From assembly GCF_020745735.1 (NCBI RefSeq), contig NC_083405.1, positions 62,586,345-62,650,344 of the forward strand: a stretch of DNA of 64,000 bases. The letters are read 5' to 3'. The position numbers and the translations under genes were made by a program. Every line of letters starts with the position of its first letter. Within the stretch, counting starts at the first letter, position 1. This document shows, piece after piece, positions 23,756 through 35,710 of this stretch. Below the pieces are notes generated by a model. The model did not search any database and was not told the origin of the DNA. It saw nothing but the letters and a program-made list of their open reading frames with translations. Origin of the DNA: Hemiscyllium ocellatum (taxonomy: Eukaryota).

Positions 23756-26073
23756 ACTTGACCTACTCTTGGAAAATAGGACAAGGCAAGTGACTGAGGT
23801 GTCAGTGGGGGAACATTTGGGGCAAGTAACCATAATTCTATTAGTTTTAAAATAGTGATGGAAAAAGATAGACCAGATCTAAAAGTGAAGTTCTAAATTG
23901 GAGAAAGGCCCAATTTTGATGGTATTAGGCAAGAACTTTGAAAAGTTGACTGGGGGCAGATGTTCGCAGGTAAAGGGACGGCTGGAAAATGGGAAGCCTT
24001 CAGAAATGAGATAATGACAATCCAGAGAAAGTATATTCCTGTCAGGGTGAAAGGTAAGGCTGGTAGATATAGGGAATGCTGGCTGACTAAAGAAATTGAG
24101 GGTTTGGTTAAGAAAAAGAAGGAAGCATATGTCAGGTATAGACAGGATAGATCAAGTGAATCCTTAGAACAGTATAAAGGAAGTAGGAGTATAATTAAGA
24201 GGGAAATCAGGAGAGCAAAAAGGTGACATGAGATAGCTTTGGCAAATACGGTCAAGGAGAATCCAAAGAGTTTTTACAAATACATTAAGGACAAAAGGGT
24301 AACTAGGGAGAGAATAGGGCCCCTCAAAGGTCAGTAAGGCGGCCTTTGTGTGGAGCCGCAGAAAATGGGGGAGATACTAAATGAGCATTTTGCATCAGTA
24401 CATACTGTGGAAAAGGATATGGAAGATATAGACTGTAGGGAAATAGATGGTGACATTTAACAAAATGTCCAGATTACAGAGGAGCAAGTGCTGGATGTCT
24501 TGAAACACAAAGGTGGATAAATCCCCACGATCTGATCAGGTGTACCCGAGAACTCTGTGAGAAGCTAGAGAAGTAACTGTTGGGTCACTTGCTGAGATAT
24601 TTGTATCATTGATAGTCACAGGTGAGGTGCCAGAAGACTGGAAGTTGGCTAACATAGTGCCACTATTTAAGAAGGGTGGTAAAGACAAGCCAGGGAACCA
24701 TAGACCAGTGAGCCTGACCTCAGTGGTGGGCACGTTGTTGGAGGAAATCCAGAGGGACAGGATGCATATGTATTTGGAAAGACAAGGACTGATTAGGGAT
24801 AGTCAACATGGCTTTGTGCGTGGGAAATCATGTCTCACAAACTTGATTGAGTTTTTTGAGGAAGTAACAAAGAGGATTGATGAGGGCAGAGTGGTAGATG
24901 TGATCTATATGGACTTCAGTAAAGCATTCAAAAGGTTCCCCATGGGAGACTTATTAGCAAAGTTAAGTCTCACGGAATACAGAGAGAACTAGCCATTTGG
25001 ATACAGAACTGGCTCAAAGATAGAAGACAGAGGGTGGTGGTGGAGGGTTGTTTTTCAGACTGGAGGCCTGTGACCAATGGATTGCCACAAGGATCAGTGC
25101 TGGGTCCTCTACTTTTTGTCATTTACATAAATGATTTGGATGCGAGCATAAGAGGTATAGTTGATATGTTTGCAGATGACACGAAAATTGGAGGTTTAGG
25201 ACAGCGAAGAGATTACCTCAGATGACAACAGGATCTTGACCAGATGGGCCAATGGGCTGAGACATAGCAGATGGAGTTTAATTCAGATAAATGCAAGGTG
25301 CTGCATTTTGGAAAAGCAGGACTTAGCAGGACTTATACACTTAATGGTCAGGTCCTAGGGAGTGTTACTGAACAAACAGACCTTGGAATGCAGGTTCATA
25401 GCTCCTTGAAAGTGGAGTAACTGGTAGATAGGATAGTGAAAAAGGCATTTGGTAATCTTTCCTTTATCGGTCAGAGTATTGAGTACAGGTGTTGGGAGGT
25501 CAGTCTGTGGTTATACAGGACACAGTTGGAATATTGCGTGCAATTCTGGTCTCCTTCCTATCAGAAAGATGTTGTGAAAGTTGAAAGGGTTCAGAGAAGA
25601 TTTACAAGTATGTTGCCAGGGTTGGAGGATTTCAGCTATAGGGAGAGGCTGAACAGGCTGGGGCTGATTCCCAGGAGCATCGGAGGCTAAGGGGTGACAT
25701 TATAAAGGTTTACAAAATTATGAGGGGCATGGATAGGATAAATAGACAGTCTTTTCCCTGGGGTGGGGAGTTCAAAACTAGTGGGCATAGATTTAGGGTG
25801 AGAGGGAAAAGATATAAAAAAGACCTAAGGGATAACTTTTTCACGCAGAGAGTAGTACGTGTATGGAATGAGCTACCAGAGGAAGTGGAGGAGGCTAGTA
25901 CAATTGCAACATTTAAAAGGCATGTATATGTTATATATGAATAAGATGGGTTTGGAGGGATATGGGCCAGGTGCTGGCAGGTGGGACTAAATTGGGTTGG
26001 GATATCTGGTCAGATTGGATGAGGTGGACTGAAGGGTCTGTTTCCGTGCTGTACATCTCTATGACTCTATGAC
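23756..26073 (+). mobile_element. Young CR1 LINE ORF2 plus 3' end, pseudogenised
   Basis: [62 protein letters not shown]; tail (CTCTATGA)2. Confidence 0.97.
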
Positions 26074-26779
26074 ATGTGCAGTTGTTTCTATAGTCTTGAC
26101 AGATGCAACTTGCTCAGGGAACATAGTATTGGGATGTCTTCTAAATGCTCTTTAAGATAACAATCAGGCTTCACTTTGAATTTGTAACAGGAAGTTTGCA
26201 AAAAGGGAGAAGCAAGAGCTGGTAAAAACCCTTTTATTTAAGCATCAATTGACGTCTTAAACTTTATCTAAACAAGGCAGCTGTAAAATCCAGGAAGGTA
26301 TTTTCTATAAAGTGACTCTAGCAATTACCTGAAATCATGCGATTTCTCAGAAGAATCATTTAAAAAAATCAAAGTGTCCTTTCATTGAACACTTTCAGAA
26401 GAAATGAACCAGATTCCCACTGAACTTGAAATAAATGAACTTTTCCAGATTCCTTCAAAACACAAGCTCTCAAAGCAAAACAGCACTAAATATGTAGCCT
26501 TCGTAATAACATCAATATCCCATGAATTAATTCTAAAAGACTTTTTGCTGCTGTATAATTCCTGACATCTCACCAAATAGGAAACACACTGTTCGATCTT
26601 TCAGGATCCTTTCAATGCTTGAAACATTGAACTCTACTGCCAAAGTTCAGCGCACAGTATCAATGTCCTACATATTCCTGCTCCCTTTGACATGGATTAC
26701 AATGTTAACCAACCTAATGTCAAAAGAAAACTTTAATATGTGGTTGTCTTTTCTTTATCTGTAAAGGTTCAAGGCCCTA

Positions 26780-27460
26780 GCACCACAAGGTAACCACGCA
26801 GCGCAGATATTTCAGACACTTGAGAGGCTGGAAGAGATTACAGAAAGGTGGAGGGATAAGGCCATGGAAGGATTTTAATCAAGGGTCAGAATTTGAAACT
26901 TGGGTGTAGCCAGAGAAGCCAGTTTAGGTCAGCTAACACAAGGATGATGGCCAAGTAGGATTTGGCGCAAGATTAGATCAGCAGAGATTGGATGACTTCA
27001 GATTTACAGAGGTAGAATATGGAGAAACTGAGCAGGATCATATGTAAATAATCAATTTTGTAAATCAAAAGGCGTGAATGATAACTTCATGTGCTGAAGC
27101 AACACAACAGTTGGATGATATAGAATGTGTTCACAGCAATGGCATAGACACACAGTTGAAAGTTCATCCTGGGTTCAAATATGACACCAAGATTGTAAAT
27201 AGTCTACTTCAAACTCAGGAATTACAGGGAAAGGGATGGAGTCAGTGACAAAGAAATAGTTTGAGTGGCAGGAACAAAGGACCATTGCTTCAGTCTTCCC
27301 AATATTTAATGGTAAAAAAATTCTGCTCATCCAGTACGAAATATTAGATGAATATTTTGAAAAATAAAGACAGTGGAGGGATTGAGAGAGCTAGTGAGAT
27401 AAAGCTAGGTGTCCTCAGCATACATGTGGAACTGGTACCATGAGTTTGGATGACAACACC
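26780..27460 (-). mobile_element. Old L2-type LINE fragment
   Basis: Typical L2 antisense text (AGTTCATCCTGGGTTCAAATATGACACCAAG; GTCCTCAGCATACAT = YAED-like). Confidence 0.6.
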
Positions 27461-27818
27461 AAGTTAACAATATCACCAAAATAACTAATTAACAACTCAA
27501 GAAAAATAGTAGTACAGGTGGTGTGTCAAAACCTCAGTATGTGGGAGCTCAAGGATACCATTGTGGTCCAGGGCAAATAAACCTGTGGTAAATGTTTGAA
27601 ATTTATGCAGCTTCACCTTGGAGTTAAATCAGAGTTCATGGTTCGGGTCCAGTGAGCCTCTGAGGAAGGATATTAACTCTGATTTCTCTCCAGAGAGGCT
27701 GCCAGACCTGCTGAGCTTTTCCAGCAATTGCTGTTTTTGGTTCTGAATTCCAACATCTAGCTGGAATTTGGTTTTGGTTCACCCTAGAGTTTATGAGCTG
27801 GAGGCTGAATTACAAACA

Positions 27819-27890
27819 GGATCCAAACTCAGGTCCCCAGAACATTTGCTGGGTCTCTGGATTGCAATAATAGCACTAGGCCATTGCCTC
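27819..27890 (-). mobile_element. Inverted tRNA-like head of the 30633 LINE/SINE family
   Basis: Reverse complement GAGGCAATGGCCTAGTG...GTTCTGGGGACCTGAGTTTGGATC matches 30633-30712. Confidence 0.75.
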
Positions 27891-27891
27891 T

Positions 27892-28403
27892 AATCTCCAC
27901 CACTGATGTACATTGCCACACACTGCTGCCATTGAAAAGATGTACTGCAGCAATTTACCAAATCTTTAAAGCCTACACCTTCCAGACCCATGACTTCTCC
28001 ACCAAGAAGCATAAGAGTAGTAGACAAATGGGAATACCAATTATACACCTGCATTTTATTTTGTTGCAGGGTGCCCGGAGATCCATGCATGGCAATAGCT
28101 TGTAAAACCAGAAGTCAATGTGTCAGCGCAACAATTGCATGTGTGTAGAACCTCAAAGGAACCTTGCAATGACTAAATACTCCAAGTTTCCCTTCAAAGC
28201 AATCACTATCCTGACTTGGACCAGTATTACCATTCTATCACTGTTCCTGAAACTCCCTTCCTTATGGCACTGAGTGTTCCTACACCACAACGTGGGGGTG
28301 CAGCAGTTCAAGAAAGGACTCAACTCATCATCACCTTTGCAAGGACAATTTGGGATGGACAATAAAGCTGGCCTGGTAAGTGGTGCATATCCTATGAATG
28401 AAT
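27892..28403 (+). mobile_element. 3' fragment of the tRNA-headed LINE family
   Basis: Homologous to 33415-33765 (TCCTGACTTGG, GTTCAAGAAAG, GGACAATAAAGCTGGCC tail). Confidence 0.75.
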
Positions 28404-28479
28404 ATGTATACTTCACAATTTTTACATGATAGCTTACTGCACATAGGAAAAGTATAGAGTAACACTTCACAACAAAATT

Positions 28480-29880
28480 AGAAAGCGGTAACAACTGTAG
28501 CATATTGGAATATAATGTGGAAACATGTGGGGTTTGATAGGAGGGACAGATGTACAGAGTACTTCTTAAATACAGAGAAATTGGAAAATGATGCCAAAGG
28601 GACCTGATTCTCCTTGTCAATAAGTCACTGAGGGCTAACATGTAGGTGCAGCAAGCTGTTGGGAAAACTAATGGAAAGGAAACTTTTATCGCAAAAGAAT
28701 TTGAGTGAAGCAGTAGTGAGGTCTTACCTCAATTATATGCGAGCTTGGTGAGATCATACTTGGAGTACTATGTACAGTTTTGGTCTCCTTATTTGAATGA
28801 TTTATTGCCATTTGCATTTTAGTGAACATACTGTGCAGTTTAAAGCTTCAACTGTTGCCACGATCCATTTTGAATAGTTTAAGAATGAAAAGAATGAAAA
28901 GATATAACTGAAAGAAAGTTTATCTTCATTCTGCCACCCCTACCATGAGTCCTGAGCTGGCTCAGCAATACCTGCTCAGGAATGATATTACCGTAAAGGG
29001 AGTGCAACGAAGGTTCACCAGACTCAGTTCCAGGATGACATGACTGTCCAATGAAGAGAAATTTGGCAAACTAGGCTTGTACTCTCTAATGGTTTTAATA
29101 ATCTGCAACAGTTTCACTGAAACGTACAAAATATTTTAAAGGATAGACAGGGTAGACGCAGCTAAGATGTTTCCCCTGATTTGTCTTGAAGTGGGGGCAT
29201 AATTAAAAAATAAGGAAGCTCTACTTAGACTCGAGATAGAAAAGATTGTTTAACAAATGGTTGTGAATCTTTGGAATTCTCTGCCTCAGAGGGATGTGAA
29301 AGTTAACATATTTCAATTTGAGGTTGATAAATTTCTAGTTCCCAGTGTTGTAAAAGATAGTAAGGGCCAAAAGCACTGAAGTGTTCAATTAGCCATGATC
29401 CTATTAAATGGCAGAGCAGGCTCAATGGACTGAATGATCTACTCCTGCTCCTATATTTCTATGGTTATGCTGGTGAACTTTATTTATCTTAATATATACT
29501 GGCACGATAACAGTACAAAGAGCAAGAGACGGGTAAGAATTTCTGAAATAGGTTTAGAAGAATTCTCTACAGAGTAGGAAGCAAGTATTGTTGTATCTAG
29601 TTCTGGGAAATGAGGTGGGTCAAGATAATCAAGTGACAGTAGGGGACATTTACAGGTTCATGGTATCAAGTTTAGGTCGGTCATGGAGAAAACAACAAGG
29701 AGCAATCCAGAGTAAAAATTAATTGTGGGATGATCAAACTTCATGGAACAAGGGCAAATCTGGACAAGGTAAATTGGAAATAAAGTCTGGCTGGCAATCT
29801 GCAAAGCACTACCTTCAAAAGGGAAATAGTTAAGGTACACTAAAGATATATTTTCATGAGAAATGATGATCAGACAAACA
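28480..29880 (+). mobile_element. Old CR1 fragments
   Basis: LVRSYLEYYVQFWSP, VQRRFTR motifs and CR1-type tail. Confidence 0.7.
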
Positions 29881-32800
29881 CTTTCCAGAACACATCAGAT
29901 AATGACTATAATTGTGAGTAAGGTAATGGCTGAAATAAAAATGGACAAGTTTACCAAACCATGTAACTTTCAGCTGCCGAGCTTCCAATCAATTCAAAAA
30001 TGTGGAGGATTTGACCCACTAGCCACCTGACTAAGGAGCAGCACTCCGAAAGCTTGTACTTGCAAATAAACCTGCTGTACTGTAACCTGGTGTTCTGTGA
30101 TTTTTAAATAAGTAATTCAAAGGCACGAGGCTTGAACTTATTCTTCTTGTTTGCAGAGAATAATGTTTGCATATATAATTGCATGTCACCACTAAAAAGC
30201 CTAAATGACCATGTTAAAGCCCCATGATTATTTTTGATTGGTTGTTAGTTTGTGGTTCAAAAAAAGAATTGGCAGCTAACATGAAAGGGAAGCAAAAATC
30301 TTTTAAAGATGATATAAATACTAAAAGGATTGTAAATCAAGGAGCGGGTCCAATTAGAAGCCAAAAAAGGAGGCTACTTCTTGAACCTTTTCAAAAGAAC
30401 ACTTGACAAAGCCAAGGACACCAGATAGAGCAGTGAAAATGGTGCACTTGCAAATACAATCTGTTTTATGGAGCCATTGACTCTGTAACACTTTCAAAGA
30501 AAGGTCATGTGCCCCAGTTTTAGTATCCCCTTTAAGCTGTGCAGCTACCCAGACACCCTGTCATGCTGACTAACGTGCCAATGCACTGGCTTACTCATGT
30601 GCAGGTTGCAGTTGCATGCGGAATTCAGAGGTCGGCAATGGCCTAGTGGTATTATCACTAGACTATTACTCCAGAAACTCAGCTAATGTTCTGGGGACTT
30701 GAGTTTGAATCCTGCCATGGCAGATGGTGGAATCTGAATTCAATAAATAAAAAATCTGGAATTAAGAATCTGCAGGTGACCATAAAACCATCACATTCGC
30801 TAATGTCCCGCAGGGAAGGTTATCTGCCATCCTCATCTGGTCTGGTCTACATGTAACTCCAGACCCAGAGTAACGTGGCTGACACTTAACAGCCCTCTGA
30901 ATTGGCGAAGCAAGCCACTCAATTGTAGCAACTGATACAAAGTTTAAATAAAATGAACAGACCACCTAGCATTCACCCAGGCATTGGGAAATACATCAGA
31001 AACAGCCCTGTCGACACAACAGATGCTCCTTACTAACATCTGGGAGAGCTGTCTCACAGACTAGTCAAACAACTGCCTAACACTGTCCGTAATGTATGAT
31101 TCTGTGAGCATGACTATGTCCCAGACAACACCATCACCATCCCTGGATATGACCTATCCCACTGGCAGGACATACCCAGCAGAACTGGTGGCACAGTGGT
31201 ATACAGTTGAGAAGGAATGCCCCGGGAGTCTTCAACATTGACTCCAGATCTCGAAGTCTTGCAGCTTTAGGTTAAGCCTGGACAAGAAACCTTCCAGCTG
31301 ATTACCATGTACCATCCTCCCTCAGCAGATGAATCAATACTTCTCCATGTTGAACAACACTTGGACAAAGCACTTAGTGTGGCAAGGTGATAGAATGTCC
31401 TCTGGGTGGGGGAATTTCAGTGTCAAGAGTGGCTTGGCAGCAACACTACTGATTAAGCTCGTCATGTCCTAAAAGACATAGCTGCTAGACTGGGTCTGCA
31501 GTGGTGGTAAGGGAACTAACAAGAGGGAAAAACATACCTTACCTCATCCTTTCCAATCTGCCAGCTGCAGGTGTATCTATCCATGACAGTATTGGTAAGA
31601 GCAACCATCGCATAATCCTAGTGGAGACAAAGTCCTGCCTTCACACTAGGAATAACCTACATCATGTTGTGTAGCAGTATCACCTTGGGACAGACTTCAA
31701 CAAAGCTAGAATTCAAGACTGGGCACCCATCCTGGGCACTGTGGGCCAACAACAGCAGCAGAATTGTACTCCAGACAATCTGTAACCTCATGACCCGGCA
31801 TATCCCCCACTCAGCTATGACCATCAAGCAGGGGAACAACCCTGGTCAATGGAGAGTGCAGGAGGGCATACCAGGAGCAGTATCAGGCATAGCTGCAGAT
31901 GAGGTGTCAACATGGTGAAGCCACCAAACAGGAAGACTTGCATGTCAAACATCAGAGGCAGCAAATGATAGATAGAGTGAAGAGATCCCACAACAAATGG
32001 ATCAGATCTAAGCTCTGCAGTCCTGCCCATTCAGTCATGAGTGGTGGTAGAAAATTAAACAACTCACTGGCAGAGGACACTCCATAAAATACCCTCATCC
32101 TCAAATGATGAAAGAACCCAACACATCAGTACAAAAGATAAGGCTGAAGCTTCAGCAGCAATCTTCAGCCAGAACTGCCGTGCAGATTATCCATCTTGGC
32201 CTCCACCAGTTGTCCCCAGCATTATAGATGTCTGTTTTCAGTCAATTCGATTCACTCCACGTGATATCAAGAAACGGTTGGAGACACTGGATACTGCAAA
32301 GGCTACGGGCCCTGACAATATTCCGGGAACAGTACTGAAAGTTTATGCTCCAGAATGTGGCTCTCCCTTAGCAAGCTCTTCCAGTACAGTTACAATACTG
32401 GCATCGATCCAAAAATGTGGAAAAACATCAAGTACACAAAAAGCAGGACAGATCCAACCATCCAATTATTGCCCTATCTGTCTATTCTCAATCATCAGTA
32501 AGTGATGGAAGATGTCATCAATTGTGCTATCCGAACAGCACTTGCTCCATAAAAAAAAACCTGCTCGGTGACGCCCAGTTTGGATTCTACCAGGGCCACA
32601 CAACCCCTGACCTCATTATAGCCCTGGCTCAAATGTGAGTACAAGAGCTGAATTCTAGAGGTGAAGTGAGAGCCAAAGCCCATGACATCAAGGTTGTATT
32701 CAACTGAGTGTGACATCAAGAAAAACTGGAATCAATGGGTATTGGGGTGAAAATTCTCCACTGGTTGAGGTTGTATTTGCTTTGAACAATAGAGAGACTT

Positions 32801-33074
32801 GGGCTGACAAGTGGCAAGTAACATTCGCGCCATGCAAGTTCCAGGCAATGAACATCTTCAATAAGAAACAATCTAAATGCTGTTCCTTGACATTCAGTAG
32901 TGTTACCATCACTGAATACACTACTATCAACATCCTGCAAGTTATTATTGACCAGAAACTCAACTGGACTCACCGCATAAACACAGTGACTACGAGAGCA
33001 GGAGAGGGGCTAGGCATACTGCAGTGAGTAACTCACCTCCCGACTCCCCAAAGCCTGTCTAACACCTATAAGGC

Positions 33075-33281
33075 TGAAAATGTGTTGCTGGTTAAAGCAC
33101 AGCAGGTTAGGCAGCATCCAAGGAATAGGAAATTCGACGTTTCGGGCATAAGCCCTTCATCAAGAATTATGCCCGAAACGTCGAATTTCCTATTCCTTGG
33201 ATGCTGCCTAACCTGCTGTGCTTTAACCAGCAACACATTTTCAGCTGTGATCTCCAGCATCTGCAGACCTCATTTTTTACC
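33075..33281. mobile_element. Young palindromic PLE-derived insert (family A)
   Basis: Perfect 79-bp inverted repeat 33073-33151/33167-33245 with 15-nt loop; perfect 16-bp TSD CTAACACCTATAAGGC (33059-33074, 33282-33297). Confidence 0.95.
33131..33168 (-). ncRNA. Minimal type I hammerhead ribozyme motif (U3 variant)
   Basis: AATTC-TTGATGA-A-GGGC-TTAT-GCCC-GAAA-C-GTC-GAATT: 5-bp stem I, 4-bp stem II, palindromic ACGT stem III, GUC triplet; C3 replaced by U. Confidence 0.7.
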
Positions 33282-34319
33282 CTAACACCTATAAGGCAAA
33301 AGTTAGGAATGTGATGGAATATTCCCCACTTGCCTTGATGAATGCAGCTCCAACAACACTGGAGAAGGTTGATATCATCCAGGACACAGCAGTCTGCTTG
33401 ACTGGCATGATGTCCACTCCCTCTACCATTGATGCTCTAACTAAAAGAAGCACTGCAGAATTTCACCAAATATCTTCAGACAGCACCTTCCAAACCTATG
33501 ATCACTTCCATCTAGAAGGACAAGGATAGCAGACACATGGAAACATCACCACCTGCAAGTTCCCCTCCAAGGCACTCCCATCCTGACTTGGAAATATAAT
33601 TGCTGTTCCTTCACTGTTGCTCTGTCAAAGTCCTGGAATTCCCTCCCTAATAGTATTGTGGGTCAACCCATAGCAATGGTTCAAGAAAGCGGCTCCTTCT
33701 CAAGGGCAAATAGGAATGGGCAATAAATTCTGGCCAGCCAGAGAGAGACACATCCCACAAATGAATTAATTTTTTAAAAATTGAGGTATGTTGTTCAATT
33801 TATGGCTGTAAACCAAATGGTTTACTATCTTCCTTTTTCTGATTTTGGTCAAGTTCTGGTTTTTGTTTAAAAAAAACATTTTGTATACTTTTTCATGCTG
33901 AGCAAGAACGCCACCAGAGGACATCTTGACAGCCTAGTTTGAAACCAATTTTCTGCTTGCATGAACCTCAAATCCAGCAGGCCACAAATCCTACATTCAC
34001 TGTTCAGCATTTAAATTAAGAGTCAATGATTCTGGCCTCCGATCCTACCTCAAATATTGTCTAACGCTTTTCCTGTAACCTTCAAGACCTGCTACATGAT
34101 TGTTCTTCAGACAGTGGTTACAAAAGTTCAACAACTACTGTTACAGATTAAAAAACCAAATTCCATGATGCAAGCTATACATTAGACTGATAATGGCTGC
34201 TGCTCATCACATGTTCGACATTCTGGTTATTTGTTCAATAATATGCTCCCTCTTAATGTGATATCACAGTAAGTATCAATCATGTTTGTATGACACTTTT
34301 CCTCTACATTTATGATATA

Positions 34320-34936
34320 CAGAGAAATCTCGGTTATCCCAACTTCAGATTATCCAAAGATGATTTCAAGGTCCCACAAAAACATTACAAAGAGGTAAGT
34401 GTATTCGATTTACCTGTCCTGAAGAACAGGTGAAAACGCTGGCAAAAACAAAGATACACAAGCAGCTCAAGCATCAGCGACTAGATACTTTTTAAAAGGG
34501 TTATTACACAGTCCTTTGCAAAAGTAACTATTTTTACAGGGTCTTCCTGCCACTTTACCGAGCCGTTCATAAATAAAAAGGCTGAGGACGTAAATGCCCG
34601 CGCAAGGCAGTGCTTCTGTCTTTCTACTACGAGACAGTGTTCCCGGAAACTGACAAATGCTCTTCAGATCGTAGCAGCTGTTCGGGACCTTGTTTAATGC
34701 TAGGATTTGATATACAGTATTTATGTGATGATAAGTCCTTCTCATTTTAACCTGTAACTTGCAGACTGCAAGGATTAGTTTGTTTAAATGGCAGACTCAT
34801 TAAAATTATAGATTTCAACAAATTCTCCGGCAGAGCACAGCGTTAGATCAGTCTGGCTTTCTTTATTTACGGTAAAAGTGATTATCTAAACGAAACAGTG
34901 CCCGTCTATCTTATTTGGATAACCGAAGCTCCTCTG
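34320..34936. mobile_element. Tigger/pogo-like MITE
   Basis: TA flanks; TIRs CAGAGAAATCTCGGTTATCC vs CAGAGGAGCTTCGGTTATCC (16/20). Confidence 0.8.
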
Positions 34937-35419
34937 TAGATTTTGGAGTACATAGCACCAATTTAAAGACTGCAGTTGACACAAAATTAGGAAGTATTAT
35001 GAGCGGTGAGCAAGATAGTGACAAACTTTGATAGGTTGATGGAAAGGTGGGACATATGACTGACTAAATTTATTGCAGGGAAGTGTGAAATGATTAATTT
35101 TGGTGTGAAGAACATGGGGTAGTAATCGAAAACAAAACGTACAAAAGAATCAGAGGGACTAAAGAATAAGATGAAACGTAATAGAAATTTTCAAAATCAT
35201 GAGGTGACGGGATAGAATAAATAAGGAGAACCTGTTCCCGTTTGCTTTAGGATGAAGAACCAGCAGACATCGATTTAACGTGACTAGTAAAAGAAATAAT
35301 GCTGACATGGAGAAAGACTTTGTGTTTATGTGGTGGAGGCAGACTAAATTGAGTCCTTCAAAGGACAATTGAATAAATGTGGTATGAAAACATTTGCAGG
35401 TCTAAGGAAAAAGCAGAGG

Positions 35420-35710
35420 AACGCTGTGCTGTTAGAAATGGCCATCTTTTGATGCAGCATTAAACCATGATCCTGTCTACACAATTTTGAAGACGACTAA
35501 GGGAGGAATTCCCAGAGTCCTAACCCATATTTCTCCCCCTTTCAACATTGCAGAATGAGATTATCTGCTTATCATTATCACATTTTGGAGTTGATCATGC
35601 AATTACAACAGTGCCTATACTTCAAAAATACTTAATTGACTGTAAAATGCTTTGGGATGTCCTAAATTTGATAAAGGCATAACAGAAATTCAAGCCAATG
35701 TTTCTTTCTC
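35420..35710 (+). mobile_element. DeuSINE (SacSINE1-like) fragment
   Basis: Deu-domain-like GCCATCTTTTGATGCAGCATTAAACCATGATCCTG plus L2-type tail. Confidence 0.6.

Larger units (their letters stand above)
30633..33780 (+). mobile_element. APE-RT non-LTR retrotransposon (clade uncertain) with tRNA-derived 5' head; decayed, RT core deleted
   Basis: A box 30639-30649, B box 30702-30712; APE motifs (ELSHRLVKQ, IPGY, TGGTVVY, LITMYHPP, WVGEF, SNH); RT motifs (KATGPDNIP, NYCPI, QFGF, WADKWQVTFAP, MEYSP); A-rich tail. Confidence 0.9.

Noticed and set aside
26385-26565. Protein-like open frame on + (MNQIPTELEINELFQIP...)
   Set aside because: Short, no splice signals and no recognisable homology.
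28153-28641. Longest non-RT ORF (162 aa, - strand)
   Set aside because: Runs antisense across LINE and CR1 fragments; no domain, no splice support.
30021-30107. Hammerhead-like motif, also at 2947, 5950, 11480, 48370 and 54360
   Set aside because: Catalytic core mutated (e.g. CTGACTA, GAAG, CTAAGGA); counted as family members but not as functional ribozymes.
30633-30720. Possible tRNA gene (likewise the HE1 heads)
   Set aside because: A/B boxes are present but there is no complete cloverleaf or adjacent terminator, and the sequence continues into a retroelement body.
33066-33285. Mirror-image ORFs (KAQQVRQHPRNR.../FLGCCLTC), also at 2603-3076
   Set aside because: Artefact of the palindromic DNA; not proteins.
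33770-33775. T6 at the LINE 3' end as a built-in Pol III terminator
   Set aside because: Other copies (42605, 28403) lack it; probably decay of the A-rich tail.
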